A DNA stretch of 64,000 bases. Origin: Stegostoma tigrinum. Taxonomy: Eukaryota. The position numbers were made by a program, and so were the translations under genes. This document shows positions 43,544 through 59,800 of this stretch, in pieces; positions within the stretch are counted from its first letter, which is position 1, and every line of letters begins with the position of its first letter. Location of the stretch: positions 21,226,629 to 21,290,628 of the forward strand of contig NC_081391.1 of the NCBI RefSeq assembly GCF_030684315.1. The letters are read 5' to 3'. The notes under the pieces were generated by a model. The model saw only the letters and a list, made by a program, of their open reading frames with translations, ran no database searches and was not told where the DNA came from.

Positions 43544-44755
43544 TTCTCTTACTTTGACCGGGATGATGTTGCCCTGCGTCACTTTGCTGAGTTCTTCAAG
43601 GAGCAGTCCCATGAGGAGCAGGAACACGCTGAGAACCTGATGGCTTTCCAGAATAAACGTGGGGGCCGAATCCTCCTGCAGGACATCAAGGTTGGATTCC
43701 AAAGCCTTCTGTTTGCAGCTTTTCGTGAAATACCACTCAATTGTGGCTAGCTCAATCTGTTTAGCTTCAGGACTGAACAAATGCTGTATGAATGGGAGGG
43801 TTGCTCACCACAATAGGATTCCCTTCACTAAAAGGAAACACTTTTGCACTTGTGATTGAACAACAGTTGGCAATTGTGATCATCCAGTATTCTGGATGGT
43901 GAGTAAATATCAGTGTCTAACGCTGCTTTGGACAAGATGAGGTGTCAAAAGGGAAAACAGAAATCTTTCAGGTGTGGAAAGCATCAGTATGAAGCCTTTA
44001 TACATCTAAAGATGTTTCTGATGCCTTGAGATCACTCTGATCACAGCATAGCAGGATCTGTTTAGAAATGTCCCCTTCAAGAACAGTACCAAATACAGCA
44101 GGTGTTTCACCAAGGTCAAGTCGGCCTGTAGCACCTCCCCGACAATGATGAGGGATAACTAACTGATCAGATGTAGACTAATGATACAACTGCCTGCTGA
44201 GCTGTGCTTTCTGTTCCTGCTTCCCTCCCTCCAGAAGCCAGAGCAGGATGAGTGGGGCAATGGTCTGGAGGCAATGCAGAGAGCTCTGCAGATGGAGAAG
44301 GATGTGAACCAGAGTCTGCTGGATCTGCACAAACTGGCCTCTGGCCACATGGACCCTCATGTGAGTGTGGTGTATTTAAATCAGGGATTTTGAATAAAAA
44401 CAGGGATCAGACACTTGGTCCTTTTTGTTAGCCACAAGATCTCACTTGACATTGTGGAGGGTTTTCTTGGGTTATACCAAGATCCTCCTGTTTCTAAAAC
44501 TGAGCACTTTCTCACGTGTATTTGGCAATCTCCATGACATCACTTCACTGCTCGGTCTCCCAAGCTGTATTTTGTCGGATTTAACCAGTTCCCCTCTTTG
44601 TCTTCCAGCTGTGTGACTTCCTGGAGAGGCACTACTTGGATGAGCAAGTGAAGATGATCAAGAAGCTGGGAGATCACATCACCAACCTGAAGAGACTGGG
44701 AGCCCCTGACAATGGCATGGGAGAGTACCTGTTTGACAGGCTCTCACTCAGTTGA
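43544..44755 (+). pseudogene. Ferritin copy 7, 5'-truncated (exons 2-4 intact; promoter and exon 1 deleted)
   Basis: Exons 43544-43690, 44235-44360, 44609-44755 have open frames and canonical splice sites. A deletion junction at about 42912 joins spacer directly to mid-intron 1. Confidence 0.85.
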
Positions 44756-45360
44756 ATGAGGTCAATAATGTTTATATTGTACATGGTGACATAATGCTAG
44801 TAACTTGGTTTGCTCTGAGCAAATTAAAATAGTGTTCACCATGGAACTGAGTACTTGGCATAATTTCACAGCTGACTCTGGCTCTTGGTATTGCTGTTTG
44901 ACACCTGATCATTAATTCCTTTTCTGTTCTGATTAACCTTTGATTCAATGCCTGCCCCAGTGGTCTGCTCCTTTTCTCTTGTCTGTAGGAATTAGGTGGG
45001 CAATCCTTGCAGTGGAAATTCCACAAGTGTTCAATTTGGGTTTTTGGCAAGTAAGCAGTGTTGTATTGACTCTTTTATTCCATACCAGCTTCAAGTCAAT
45101 ATCTTCAGTGAAACCAGCCCCCTGTCTCAATGTTAGACACTGCCCTTGGCATTGTTTAGATGTCTTTTGTCAACAAGCAGGGGCAGGAAATAGTAGGTTT
45201 GGGGAGCATCTGTGGAGAGAAAACTGTTCTCAGTCCCAGGTCCCAGGATACATTATCATCTCGTGACAGACGTGGCCAGACCGGTGAGGCTTTCCAGCAA
45301 TTTTGTTGTCACACTTCAAATCTAATGATTTGAGCGTGCATTGACTTTTTTGAACAGGAA

Positions 45361-45382
45361 TATACATATATATATATATATA
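45361..45382. repeat. Short (TA)n microsatellite
   Basis: tatacatatatatatatatata; shorter at paralogs near 27610 and 40221. Confidence 0.85.
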
Positions 45383-46676
45383 GTAGACCATCCAGCATTT
45401 CAGATGCTCAGATCTTAAGCATTGAGATAAGACATTGTGTCCAGAGCAGGGAAATTGTTTTCTCTCTTTTGCTGCAGTGGTGGAAGGAGTGAGGGCAGTG
45501 GCTGTTTGTAGGAGAATGGCCAAGTTTGTTTTCTCGGATATCAGTCTCTCTGCTTCTAGACAATGATCCTGATTAGGTAATGAAGCAGTCCCCACCTTCG
45601 AGCCCCTGTGGTAGAACTTCTATCACTTCTCTGCGGTCTAGAGACGCCAAATGCTCAGGACACCAGGTGAAAATAAAGCTCGAACCCAAAGGCCACTGGC
45701 AGAAATCAGCAGTTCCTATTCTTAGCAAGGAAATAAGCTCTCCTGCTGTCGACTGACCGGCTGACCGGCCGCGCGGCTTCTGACACGGAAGTTAATGCTC
45801 CTCATCAGCTTTGTAATTCTAGACCTCCAGAGAGTTGTTGCACAGAATTAGGAGATCAGTCCACCACTCCAGAAATGTGATGGCCTCCAGCTCCCAGCAG
45901 CCACTAGATTCATTCTTTGCATGACTGACACACACAGAGTACACTGTGTACCGCCTCCCAAAAGCTGTAGAAATCCACCAACGCTACTGAGACAATACTT
46001 GCCATGGGAGAAAGGCATCTGATACAGGGGAACACCACCCCGCTCTAACGACTCCACCAAGCTACATGCCAGCCTGAGTTGGAAACGTGACCCGCCATGC
46101 TCCAGTGTCGGTGGATCAGAATCCTGGAATTCCCTCACTAGGAACATTATGGAGCTGACTACAGCAAATAGGCAACAGCAATTCAAGAAGGAAAGCCACC
46201 ACATTCTCTCACGGTCAGCCTGATCTCAGACCGGGTCCAATACCGCTGGATGGGCCGCCTTTTGTGAAATTGTCAAGTCCTAGTTCAACCCCATCTTGAG
46301 TGCACTGTTCCAGCAGGTTCAATCCAAAGATGCTTATGCACAGAATTTCTGGAATGAACCTGGGCAGAAAGTTAATTGGCTACGATGATAATAGTTTTCC
46401 CAAGTGTCTCGGTGTAGAAGTGGAAGGGATGTCTGTGCTTGAAATATACAAGTGGATTCATGGATTTGATAGGGTAGATAGAGAGATCCTGCTTCTTTTC
46501 ACTTCCATTCCAGGACCGAGAGTGGGGAATATGATTACATTCCTAGCAGTAGAAGTAAATCATCCATGATAAAGCAAAAAACAGCTGCTTTTTGGAAAGG
46601 ATAATATGTGAATGAGCAGTTAGATATTTATTCGGTAAGATGTTGATGTTGCCAATCACTTTCCCATTGCAACATA

Positions 46677-47838
46677 CGACCAAACAGGTAGATGAGAGAA
46701 AACCGGTTGATGTGGTGTATATGGATTTCGGCAAGGCATTCGATTAGGCTATTGTACAAAATACGGAGGAATGGGATTGTGGGAGATATAGCAGTTTGGA
46801 TCAGAAATTGGCTTGCTGAAAGAAGACAGCGTGGTGGTTGATGGGAAATGTTCATCCTGGAGACCGGTTACTCGCGGTGTACCGCAAGGGTCGGTGCTGG
46901 GTCCACTGCTGTTTGTCATTTTTATAAACGTAGAAGGATGGGTTAGTAAATTTGCAGACGACACTAAGGTCGGTGGAGATGTGGATAGTGACGAAGAATG
47001 TTGTAGGTTACAGAGAGACGTGGATAAGTTGCAGAGCTGGGCTGAGAGGTGGCAAATGGAGGTTAATGCGGACAAGTGTGAGGTGATACACTTTGGTAGG
47101 AGGAACCGGAAGGCAAAGTACTGTAAGATTCTTGGTAGTGTAGATGAGCAGCGAGATCTCGGTGACCATGTACACAGATCCTTGAAAGTTGCCACCCAGG
47201 TTGACAGGGTTGTTAAGAAGGCATACAGTGTTTTAGCTTTTATGAATACAGGGATCGTGTTCCGGAACCAAGAGGTTATGCTGCAGCTGTACAAAACTCT
47301 TGTGCGGCCGCACTTGTAGCATTGCGTACAGTTCTGGTCACCGCATTATAAGAAGGATGTGGAAGTTTTGGAAAGGATGCAGAGGAGGTTTACTGGGATG
47401 TTGCCTGGTATGGAGGGAAAGTCTTACGAGCAAAGGCTGAGGGACTTGAGGCTGTTTTCGTTAGAGAAAAGAAGGTTGAGAGGTGACTTAATTGAGGCAT
47501 ATAAGATAATCAAAGGGTTAGACAGGTTGGAAAGGGAGAGCCTTTTTCCTAAGACGGAGACGGCGAGCACGAGGGGCATAGCTTTAAATTGAGGGGTGAA
47601 AGATATACGACAGATGTCAGAGGTAGTTTCTTTACTCAGAGAATAGCAAGGGTGTGGAACGTTTTGCCTGCAACGGTAGTAGATTCACCAACTTTAACTA
47701 CATTTAAGTTGTCATTGGACAAGCATATAGACGTACATGGAATAGTATAGGTTAGATGAGCTTCAGATCGGTATGACAGGTCGGCACAACGTCAAGGGCC
47801 GAAGGGCCTGTACTGTGCTGTCATGTTCTCTGTTCTAT
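46677..47838 (+). mobile_element. CR1-type LINE subfamily B (duplicate)
   Basis: Same boundaries and AACATA TSD as the 41715 copy. Confidence 0.92.
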
Positions 47839-48489
47839 AACATAAAAGATGAATGCATTTAAGATTATTTTCATTAGAAGGGTGATGGGGTCGGGGGGGA
47901 ACCTGACTGAGGTCAACAAAATCATGAGAACTATGGACAAGGTGAATAGCAAGAAGCTTTTTCCCAGAGTCGGGGATTCAATGACTCGGAGTCATGAGTT
48001 CAAAATAAGAGCAAAGTTTCGAGGGGATTTGGTTAGATTGCCTACAGTGTGGAAACAGGCCCTTTTAGCCAAAAATGTCCACACTGGCCCTTGAAGCATC
48101 CCACCAAAACCCCCACACTTCTGAACCCTACGGGCAATTTATCATGTGGATGTGTGGCAAGCTCTTTACGCAGAGGTTGGAGGGTGCCTGGCACACCTTG
48201 CCTGTGGAGGTGGTAGACGAAGTCACGCAAGTGTCTTTTTAAGATGTATCAGGACAGGTACATGGATGGGCAGGGAGCAAAGGGATACTGACCCTAGAAA
48301 AGAGATGACAGACTTACACAGGATCTCGATCGGTGCAGGCTTGGAGGGCCAAAGGGCCTGCTCCTGTGCTGTGATTTTCTTTGTTCTTAAGTGTGCAATC
48401 AAGATGGTGACCAGGTTAGTTTCTGATTGAGGAGTGCCATTGATTAACATCAGATATGTTTCCCTTTCCTGCCTTTCTCTTCCCCACGG

Positions 48490-49676
48490 TTCTCTTACTT
48501 TGACCGGGATGATGTTGCCCTGCGTCACTTTGCTGAGTTCTTCAAGGAGCAGTCCCATGAGGAGCAGGAACACGCTGAGAACCTGATGACTTTCCAGAAT
48601 AAATGTGGGGGCCGAATCCTCCTGCAGGACATCAAGGTTGCATTCCAAAGCCTTCTGTTTGCAGCTTTTTGTGAAATACCACTCAATTGTGGCTAGCTCA
48701 ATCTGTTTAGCTTCAGGACTGAACTAATGCTGTATGAATGGGGGGTTGCTCACCACAATAAGATTCCCTTCACTAAAAGGAAACACTTTTGCACTTGTGA
48801 TTGAACAACAGTTGGCAATTGTGATCATCCAGCATTCTGGATGGTGAGCAAATATCAGTGTCTAACGCTGCTTTGGACAAGATGAGGTGTCAAAAGGGAA
48901 AACAGAAATCTTTCAGGTGCCGAAAGCATCAGTATGAAGCCTTTATACATCGAGAAGATGTTTCTGATGCCTTGATATCATTCTGATCACAGCATAGCAG
49001 GATCTGTTTAGAAATGTCCCCTTCAAGAACAGTACCAAATACAGCATGTGTTTTACCAAGGTCAAGTTGGCCTGTAGCACCTCCCCTACAATGATGAGGG
49101 ATAACTAACTGATCAGATGTAGACTAATGATACAACTGCCTGCTGAGCTGTGCTTTCTGTTCCTGCTTCCCTTCCTCCAGAAGCCAGAGCAGGATGAGTG
49201 GGGCAATGGTCTGGAGGCAATGCAGAGAGCTCTGCAGATGGAGAAGGATGTGAACCAGAGTCTGCTGGATCTGCACAAACTCTCCTCTAGCCACACTGAC
49301 CCTCATGTGAGTTTGTAAACTTTTCTCTCTCTTTCTTGGAAGAAAGTGGTGTGTTTGTGCACTCTCTGGGTTAAAAATCCAATTACCTTCTCCCAGCCTC
49401 CTGCCGGCTGTTAAAACCTTTCAAAGGCATCACCTACGTGGACCTCCACGTGGTGGTGATGGTCACATCTGTCATGGGAGGTCACTTTCAGACTGCTTTT
49501 TGATCCTCTGGACTAATTTTGTCTTCCAGCTGTGTGACTTCCTGGAGAGGCACTACCTGGATGAGCAAGTGAAGATGATCAAGAAACTGGGAGATCACAT
49601 CACCAACCTGAAGAGACTGGGAGCCCCTGACAATGGCACGGGAGAGTACCTGTTTGATAGGCTCACACTCAGCTGA
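48490..49676 (+). pseudogene. Ferritin copy 8, 5'-truncated pseudogene
   Basis: Exons 48490-48636 (acceptor AG>GG at 48488-48489; R73C), 49181-49306, 49530-49676. Same exon-1 deletion junction as copy 7, at about 47860. Confidence 0.88.
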
Positions 49677-52055
49677 GTGGGGTCAATAATATCTGTTGTA
49701 CATGGTGACCTCATTCTCGTGAATGGCTTTGGTTGTGCTCTGAGCAAATAAAAGTAGTGTTCACCATGGAACTGAGTACTGTGTCACTTCATAGCTGCTT
49801 CTGGTTGCTGTTTTAACAAGTGATCACAAAATGGATTTTGTTCTTTGACAACCTTTTGATTCACTGCCTGCCCCAGTTATTGGCTCGGTGTTTGCTTCTG
49901 CTGAGCGTCTGTCTGTAGGGATTGAGTGGGCAATCTTGACCTTGGAAATGCCACAACTGGCAAACATCTGCATTGCAGACAATGCCACAACAAAATCTGT
50001 CCTCCGCTTCCCCAGGACAATTTTTCAGGACCAGCTTCTGGTCAAAACCATGACTGAAATCTGTCCTGTGCCTAAACAATTGGCATTGCCAAGGCCTGTC
50101 CATTCACTCAATCTTCAGCATTTTTGGAAAAACCAAGCTGACACTGGAAACCAGGAACAAAAGCTGCTGGGAAATCTCAGGTTTGGTAGTGAGAAGTGTT
50201 GAACAGAACCGAGACATGAGACACGTGTTTATCTCTTGACTGATTTTGTTGCCAGGCCATGAGGTGTTTTCCACCTACTTGTTCTCTTGCTTAAATTCTA
50301 CTGACTTTAATAGGTCACAAAATTCCTCATTAGAAGAATATAAAGTTGACCAATCATGCAAGGTACACCTGCTTTTTTGCAACTGTTTACCATTTACATG
50401 TTTCCTGAGCTAGAGAAGTGGTTTCTCTCGTATGTCCTTTCCATTCAGTAGAATGAAAGCTCTGCTTTCTCCCTGACAATGCTAATGACTATGGCCTCTA
50501 TTAGGCAATGAAGCAGTGCCCACCTTCTAAAGCATCTGCTGTAACTCCTGTCCTTGCTCTGCAATGCAAAGGTGACAAATGCTGAGGACACCTGGTGAAA
50601 ATCAAGCTAAAAACAAAATACCACTTGCAGAAGTCAGTAGTTCCAATTTCCTTTACATTTAATTGTGAAGAAAATCAGCTTTCTGATGTAATCTGGCCTC
50701 CATGTGGCTCCACACACGCTGCATTGGGTCTAGCTCATTGCTGTCAATCACAATCAGTCACTGGTTTCTAATGGGTGACCACTGACAATTCCTTGACAGG
50801 ATAAGGATGTCACTGACCAGGCAGCATTTATCCTCTCTCTGAACTGCCCATGGGACAATTAGTCACCCACAGTGCTTTAGGCTTGGTGTCATATACTGGC
50901 CAGACCAGGTAAGGATGGCAGTTTGGCAGTTCCCTTCCCTGAATGACTTCAGTGAAAAGGATATTTTATTCAGACTAGGAATTGCATGCTCATTTTTAGG
51001 TTCTTAATGCCCGAAGAGAGTTGTTCAGACAGAATCAGGACAATGGGCATCAGTCCAACACTCCAGAAGCTTAAGAGTTGCCAGCTCAGAGCAGCCACGA
51101 GATTCACTCCTTCCACCACTGACACACAGGGACTGCAATGTGTACTATCACCAAATGTTGTAGAAATCCACCAAAGCTCCTTAGACAACACCTTCCAAAG
51201 CCCCCATTACTTGCCATGGGACAAGGGCAGCAAATACATGGAACACAACCGCCTCTAAGTTCTACACCAAACCATTCACCATCCTGAGTTGGAAACATGG
51301 TCCCATTCCCCTAGGTTGCTGGATCAGAATCCTGGAATTCCCTCCCTAACAGCATTGGGGATCTGCCTACACCAAATGGGCAACAGCAATTCAAGAACGT
51401 AAGCCACCACATTCTCTCATCTAATGTTAGGCCTGATCTCCGAGGGTTTCAACTACCTCTGGCTGATGGTTCTTTTGTGAAATTGTCAAGTTCTAGCTCA
51501 ACCACAGCTGGAGTGCTCAGTTCTAGCAGCTTCGACCCAAAGATGGTTATGCACAGAATTTCTACAATGAACTTGGACAGAGAGCTGGTTCATTGATGAT
51601 AACGGTTTGTCCCAGTCCCTCTGTGTAGAAGGTTAAGGGATGGCCGTGTTTGAAATTTCAAAGAGGATTAATGGATTTGACAGAGTGAACAGACAGAATC
51701 TATTTCTTGTCTATGGTCATTGAGGACTGTGTGCAAAATAGGATTATAGTTTTCACATTTCAACAAAATCATCCAGGATAATGTCAAAAACAGCTTCTTT
51801 GTGGAGAAGATAATATGTGCACGTGCTGTTAGATATTTATTGGGTAAGGCTTGACTTTGACAATCACTTTCTAATTTCAACACTAAAAATATGTGAATAA
51901 CACATTTTCTTTGAGAAACATAGAAAGACAAAACAGGCTCAATGTTACAAATCTGATGTGAGTACAGGAGCAGAGAGACTTTGGGTTTCAAGTATGTGAT
52001 TATCTGAAAGTGACCAGCCAAGATGAAGCTGTTATTGAGAAGGCTGAGGTGAACC

Positions 52056-53242
52056 AAGCATGTGGATGAGGGAAGGGCAGTTGACATGGTGTACATGGAC
52101 TTCAGTAAAGCCTTTGATAAGGCTCCACATGGTAAGCTATTGGAGAAAATACAGAGGCACAGGATTGAGGGAGATTTAGCAGTTTGGATTAGAAACTGGC
52201 TTTCTGTGAGAAGGCAACGAGTGGTGGTTGATGGAAAATATCCAGCCTGGAGTCAGGTCACTCGTGGTGTGCCTCAAGGATCTGCTTTAGGACCACTGCT
52301 GTTTGTCATTTTTATAAATGACTTGGACGCAGGCATAGGTGGATGCGTTAGTAAGTTTGCAGATGACACTAAAGTCGGTGGAGTGGTGGACGGTGTGGAA
52401 GAATGTTGCACGTTGGAGGGAGACTTGGATAAACTGCAGAATTGGGCTGAAAGGTGGCAAATGGAGTTCAATGCAGATAAATGTGAGTTGATTCACTTTT
52501 GGGGGAATAGCAGGAAGGCAGAATACCGGGTCAATGGAAAGATTCTTGGCAGTGTGGATGTGCAGATGGATCTTGGTGTCCATGTACATAGATCCCTGAA
52601 AGTTGTCACCCAGGTTGATGCTGATAAGAAGGCTTACCGTGTGTTAGGTTTTATTGGTAGAGGGATTGAGTTCCGGAGCCGTGATGTCATGCTGCAACTG
52701 TACAAAACGCTAGTGCGGCCTCATTTGGAATATTGCGTGCAGTTCTGGTCACCCCATTACAGGAGGGATGTGGAAGCATTGGGAAAGGTGCAGAGGAGAT
52801 TTACCAGGATGTTGCCTGGTCTGGAGCGCAGGCCCTATGAAGAAACGCTGAGGGACTTGGATCTGTTCTCATTGGAGAGAAGTAGGCTAAGAGGGGATTT
52901 AATAGAGACATACAAGATGATCAGAGGATTAGATAGGGTGGACAGTGAGAGTCTTTTTCCGAGGATGATGACTTCAACTTGTACAAGGGGGCATAGCTAC
53001 AAATTGCGGGGTGATACATTTAAGACATTTGTCAGAGACAGGTTCTTTACTCAGAGAGTGGTAAGGGCGTGGAAAGCCCTGCCTGCCAATGTAGTTAACT
53101 CAGCCACGTTAGGGGCATTTAAACAGTCCTTGGATAAGCATATGGATGATGACGGGATGGTGTAGGAGGTGGGGCTTGGATTAGCTCACAGGTCGGCACA
53201 ACATCGAGGGCCGAAGGGCCTGTTCTGCGCTGTATTGTTCTA
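52056..53242 (+). mobile_element. CR1-type LINE subfamily A (duplicate), uninterrupted 367-codon frame
   Basis: ORF 52062-53165 with RT motifs; TGAACC TSD. Confidence 0.93.
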
Positions 53243-54174
53243 TGAACCTTGTGTTTTCAAATTGAGGCATCGAGTATAAAAGCAACGAATTGATGTTACA
53301 CCTCTACAAATCATTGGTTAGACCACATTTCAATTATGTACTCAGTTCTGGGCGTGGCATTCAAGGAAGGACAAGAAGAACCTCCAAAAGAGTTCAAAGG
53401 AGATTTATCAGAATGACCCCAGGAATGAGGAATTTTAGATACACGGAAAGATTAAGGAAAATGGGGTGAATTTCCTTGCAGGTGACCTTATTGAGAGGTG
53501 ACCCTGTTGACGTGATCAAAACTATGAACAATTTTGATAGAGTAAACAGGATATTCTGATTTCAGCAGTTGACTTGTCAGTGACGAGAGTTCACAGTTTG
53601 TCAGTAGGGGAGATCAGAGTGAAATGGGAAGAAACCTCTTTGCTCAGAAAGTTGATCCCCTAACTCAGTCCCATCTTCCCTCTCTCTCTCCATACTCTTT
53701 GATCCCTGCAGCCCTCAAAGCTACACCCAACTGCTCCTGGAAAACATTCAAAGTTTTGGCCTCAAATGTTTTCTGTGGCACAGAATTCCACAGGACCCCC
53801 ACTCTCTCGGTGAAGAGATTTCTCCTCATCTCAGTCCTAAATGTGTCCTTAGGCTGTGACCCCTGATCCTAAACTTTTCCATCATCAGGAACATCCTTCC
53901 TGTCTTTTCCACAGTTGACACTATGACAATTTTCGATGACCCCGAGCCAATTTCCCACCTTTCTTTCCCAAATCCCAGCACAACAGGCTGAGAAACTGAC
54001 ACTCCCCTTCCTCAATGAGTCCCTTCTGCAGTTGATCACAACCACCATAATTTAAAAACAAAACGAGCAATCTTTTCTCAAACCATATTTACTTCTTTCA
54101 AAAAAGAACCAAATGACCTATGACCTGATTGAGTGGTGCAGAAGGTTTGAGATGCCGAATGGCCTCCTGCTGTT

Positions 54175-54434
54175 CCAATCACAGAATAACCATCCAGACC
54201 TGACTCTCATCTCCACCTCTGATCAGCTCTGCTTAACACACCCTCCCCCTCTCTCTCATTGGTGCCGCTATGCATGGGTGGCTCCTGATTGGCTAGCAGC
54301 AACTGTCAGTCATCATCAGTTCGGTCTCCCTCTGGGTGAGTGCCGGTTGTCTCAGGAGTAGAAACACAACAGCTTTGGGGATTGAGGCCTTTGTTCCAGA
54401 GTTGTCCTTGTGATTGTGAGCAGGAATAGTGAAG
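54175..54434 (+). promoter_or_regulatory. Ferritin copy 9 promoter (degenerate TATA)
   Basis: Near-identical to the copy 1 promoter; TAGAAACA 54359-54366. Confidence 0.65.
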
Positions 54435-56827
<2,393 letters not shown>

Positions 56828-59800
56828 ATGGGGTCAATATCTATATCTGTTGTACATGGTGACCTCATTCTACTAAATGACTAGTTGTGCTCTGAGCAAA
56901 TTAAAATAGTATTCACCATGGAATTGAGTACAGTGTGTAATTTCCATAGCTTCTGGTTCTTGGAGCTTTTTGTGCTGTCATGTCTGATCATCAATCCTTT
57001 GTTCTTTGTGACATCCTTTGATTCAATGCCTGCCCCAGTAACTTGCTCAGTGTTTGATTCTGCTGTGTCTGGGGATTGAGTGGGCAATCCTTTTATTGGA
57101 AATTCCATAACTGGTAAGGTTGTTGACAGATAAGTCAGCATTACTGACATCCACTCGCAGGGACAAGTTTGCAGGACCAGCTTCCAATCAATGCACTGAC
57201 TGAAATCAGTCCTTTGCCTAAAGGGTAGGCACTGATCTAATGCACTGCCCTTGGTCATGTGTTTGGGTCTCTTTTTAAATAAGCAGATTCTGGAAACCAG
57301 GATCAAAACCTGCTGGGAAATCTCAGGTTTGGCAGCATTGGGAGGGAGAAGGGTTGAACAGAACCTGGCCATGAGACACGTGATCATCTCTTGTTTGATT
57401 TTGTTGCCTGACAGTGAGGTGTTTTCCAGCAATTTGTTCTAATGCCTTGGTGTTACTCATTTTCGTAAATCGTAAAATTCCTCCTCCCAAAGAGTAAGAT
57501 AGAATGCTTTTCCGCAGTTTTTTTCTTTGACATAAGCAATTGCTTATTGCACTCTTCCCTGAGCTAGGGAATTAGTTTCTTCAGTATCTCCTTCTTACAT
57601 GTAAGAGAAAGGAAACATCTACCTTGTCTTACAATGCTAAAGATGATGAGGAACTGCGTTGGGAATGAAGCAGTGCCCCCCCTTGTTGCCTGTGTGATAA
57701 TTTCTATTATTACCCTGCAACGAAGAGGTGACAAATACTGAGGATGCTTGGTGCAAAAGCAAGCTAAAATGCAACGAGCATGTGCAGAAATCAGCAGTTT
57801 CAATTTTCAAGCAGATCAGATCGCCTGCTGTCGACTGGCTGATCTGTGACTCCACACAGTGCACGCTGGGGGCCTAATCACTATCAATCAGCCCTGAATT
57901 ACAATGTGACTGGTTTGTGTAAGTGCTTTAACAGGATCAGGCTATCACTGACGGGCAGCATTTATTATCCATCTCTGATTACCCACCCAGCCCATGAGTA
58001 ATTCAAATTAAACCCCTTTGCTGTGGCCGTGGGGTTACACATAAGCCAGAGCAGGTAAGGATGGCAGTTTCTTACAAACAAGGACATTAGTGAACTAGAA
58101 GAGGCTTGTTTGCACCATCACTTCTGGAATGAGAATGATGTGCAGGAAATTCAGTGATGTCAGACAGAATCAGGAAAACAGGTTGCAGTCTAACACTACA
58201 GAATGTTGACAGCCTCCAGCAAACGAGCAGCCACTTTAGTCAATCCTTCCACCACTGACATACGCAGAGACTGCAATATATACCATCTACCAAATGCTGT
58301 AGGAATCCACCAAAGCTCCTCAGACAGCTTCTTAAAACCATAACTACTTTCCATCGGACAAGGGCCGCAGAAATGTGGGAACACCATGCCTCTCCACGTT
58401 CTACACTAAGCCACTGCTCATCTGGCGTTGGAAACATAGCCCCACATTCCCTCCCTAACAGCAGTATGGCTTTGCCTACACCAAATGGGCAACAGTAACG
58501 CAAGAAGGAAAGTCACCACGTTCTCGAAACTAATGTTAGCCCTGATCTCTGAGGGGTTCAAATACCTCTGGATGGAGAGGTATTGGTGAAATTGTCAAGT
58601 TCCTGTTCAACCACAGCCGGAGTGCACAGTTCTGGCAGGTACGACCCCGACAATGGTCATGCACAGAATTTCTGGAAGTAACCTGGACAGAGAGATGGTT
58701 AATTCATCACAATGGCTTGTCCAGTCCCTCTGTGTAGAAGGTTAAGGGATGGCTGTAACTGATATTGTTCAGAGGACTAACGGATTTGACAGGGTAGAGA
58801 GGAAAGAACCCATTTCTTCTCAATGATCATCTCGGACTGTGCGTAGAATGGGATGACAATCTTCACATGAGAACTACATCATCCAGGATCATGTCAAAAA
58901 CAGTTACTTTGTGGAAAGGACAACATTTGCACGCACAGATATTTACTGCACAAGGCTTGATGTTGCCAATCACTTTCCAATTTCAAGACATAAAAAAAAA
59001 AGTGAGTAATGCATTTTTGTCCAAGAAACACAGAAAGACAAAACAGGCTCGATGTTACAAATCTGATGTGAGTACAGGAGCTCAGAGGCTTTCGGTTTCA
59101 AGTATGCGATTATCTGAAAGTGGTCAGGCAGGATGAAGCTGTTATTAATGGAGATTGAGCCACCTATGTGAACCTTGTGTTTTCAAATTGAGGCATCGAG
59201 AATAAAAGCAATGAATTGATATTGCACCTGTACAAATCATTGGTTAGACCACATTTCCATTATGTACTCAGTTCTGGGCATGGCATTCAACGCACGACAT
59301 GAAAAACCTCAAAAGAGTTCAAAGGAGATTTATTAGAATGACCCCAGGAATGAGGAATTTTAGATACACAGAAAGATGAAGGAAAATGGGCTAAATCTCC
59401 TTACAGGTGACCTTGTTGACATGATCAAAACTATGAACAATTTTGATAGAGTAAAAAGGATATTCTGATTTCAGCAGTTGACTTGTCAGTGACGAGGGGT
59501 CACAGTTTGTCAGTAGGGGAGATCAGAGTGAAATGGGAAGAAACCTCTTTGCTCAGAAAGTTGTTCGGATTTGGAATGTGCTGCCTGGAAGAGTGACGGA
59601 GGTCGATTCCATGGGTGGTTTCAAAACAAGAGTTGGATATGTCCTTGGAAGTGACGAATTTAGAGAGGGACAGAGATAGGGCTGGAAAGTGGGACTAATC
59701 AGGTAGCTCTTTCAGAAGCTAATACAGGAACGGTGGGCTGAACGGCCTCCTGTTGTGAAGAACGCTCTGAATTTCCACCCAGGAAATTCTGAGAGTTTGG

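Larger units (their letters stand above)
39640..49676 (+). repeat. About 5-kb tandem duplication (39640-44755 vs 44756-49676)
   Basis: Both halves share spacer type D, the CR1-B insertion, the identical exon-1 deletion junction and a headless ferritin. Confidence 0.85.
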
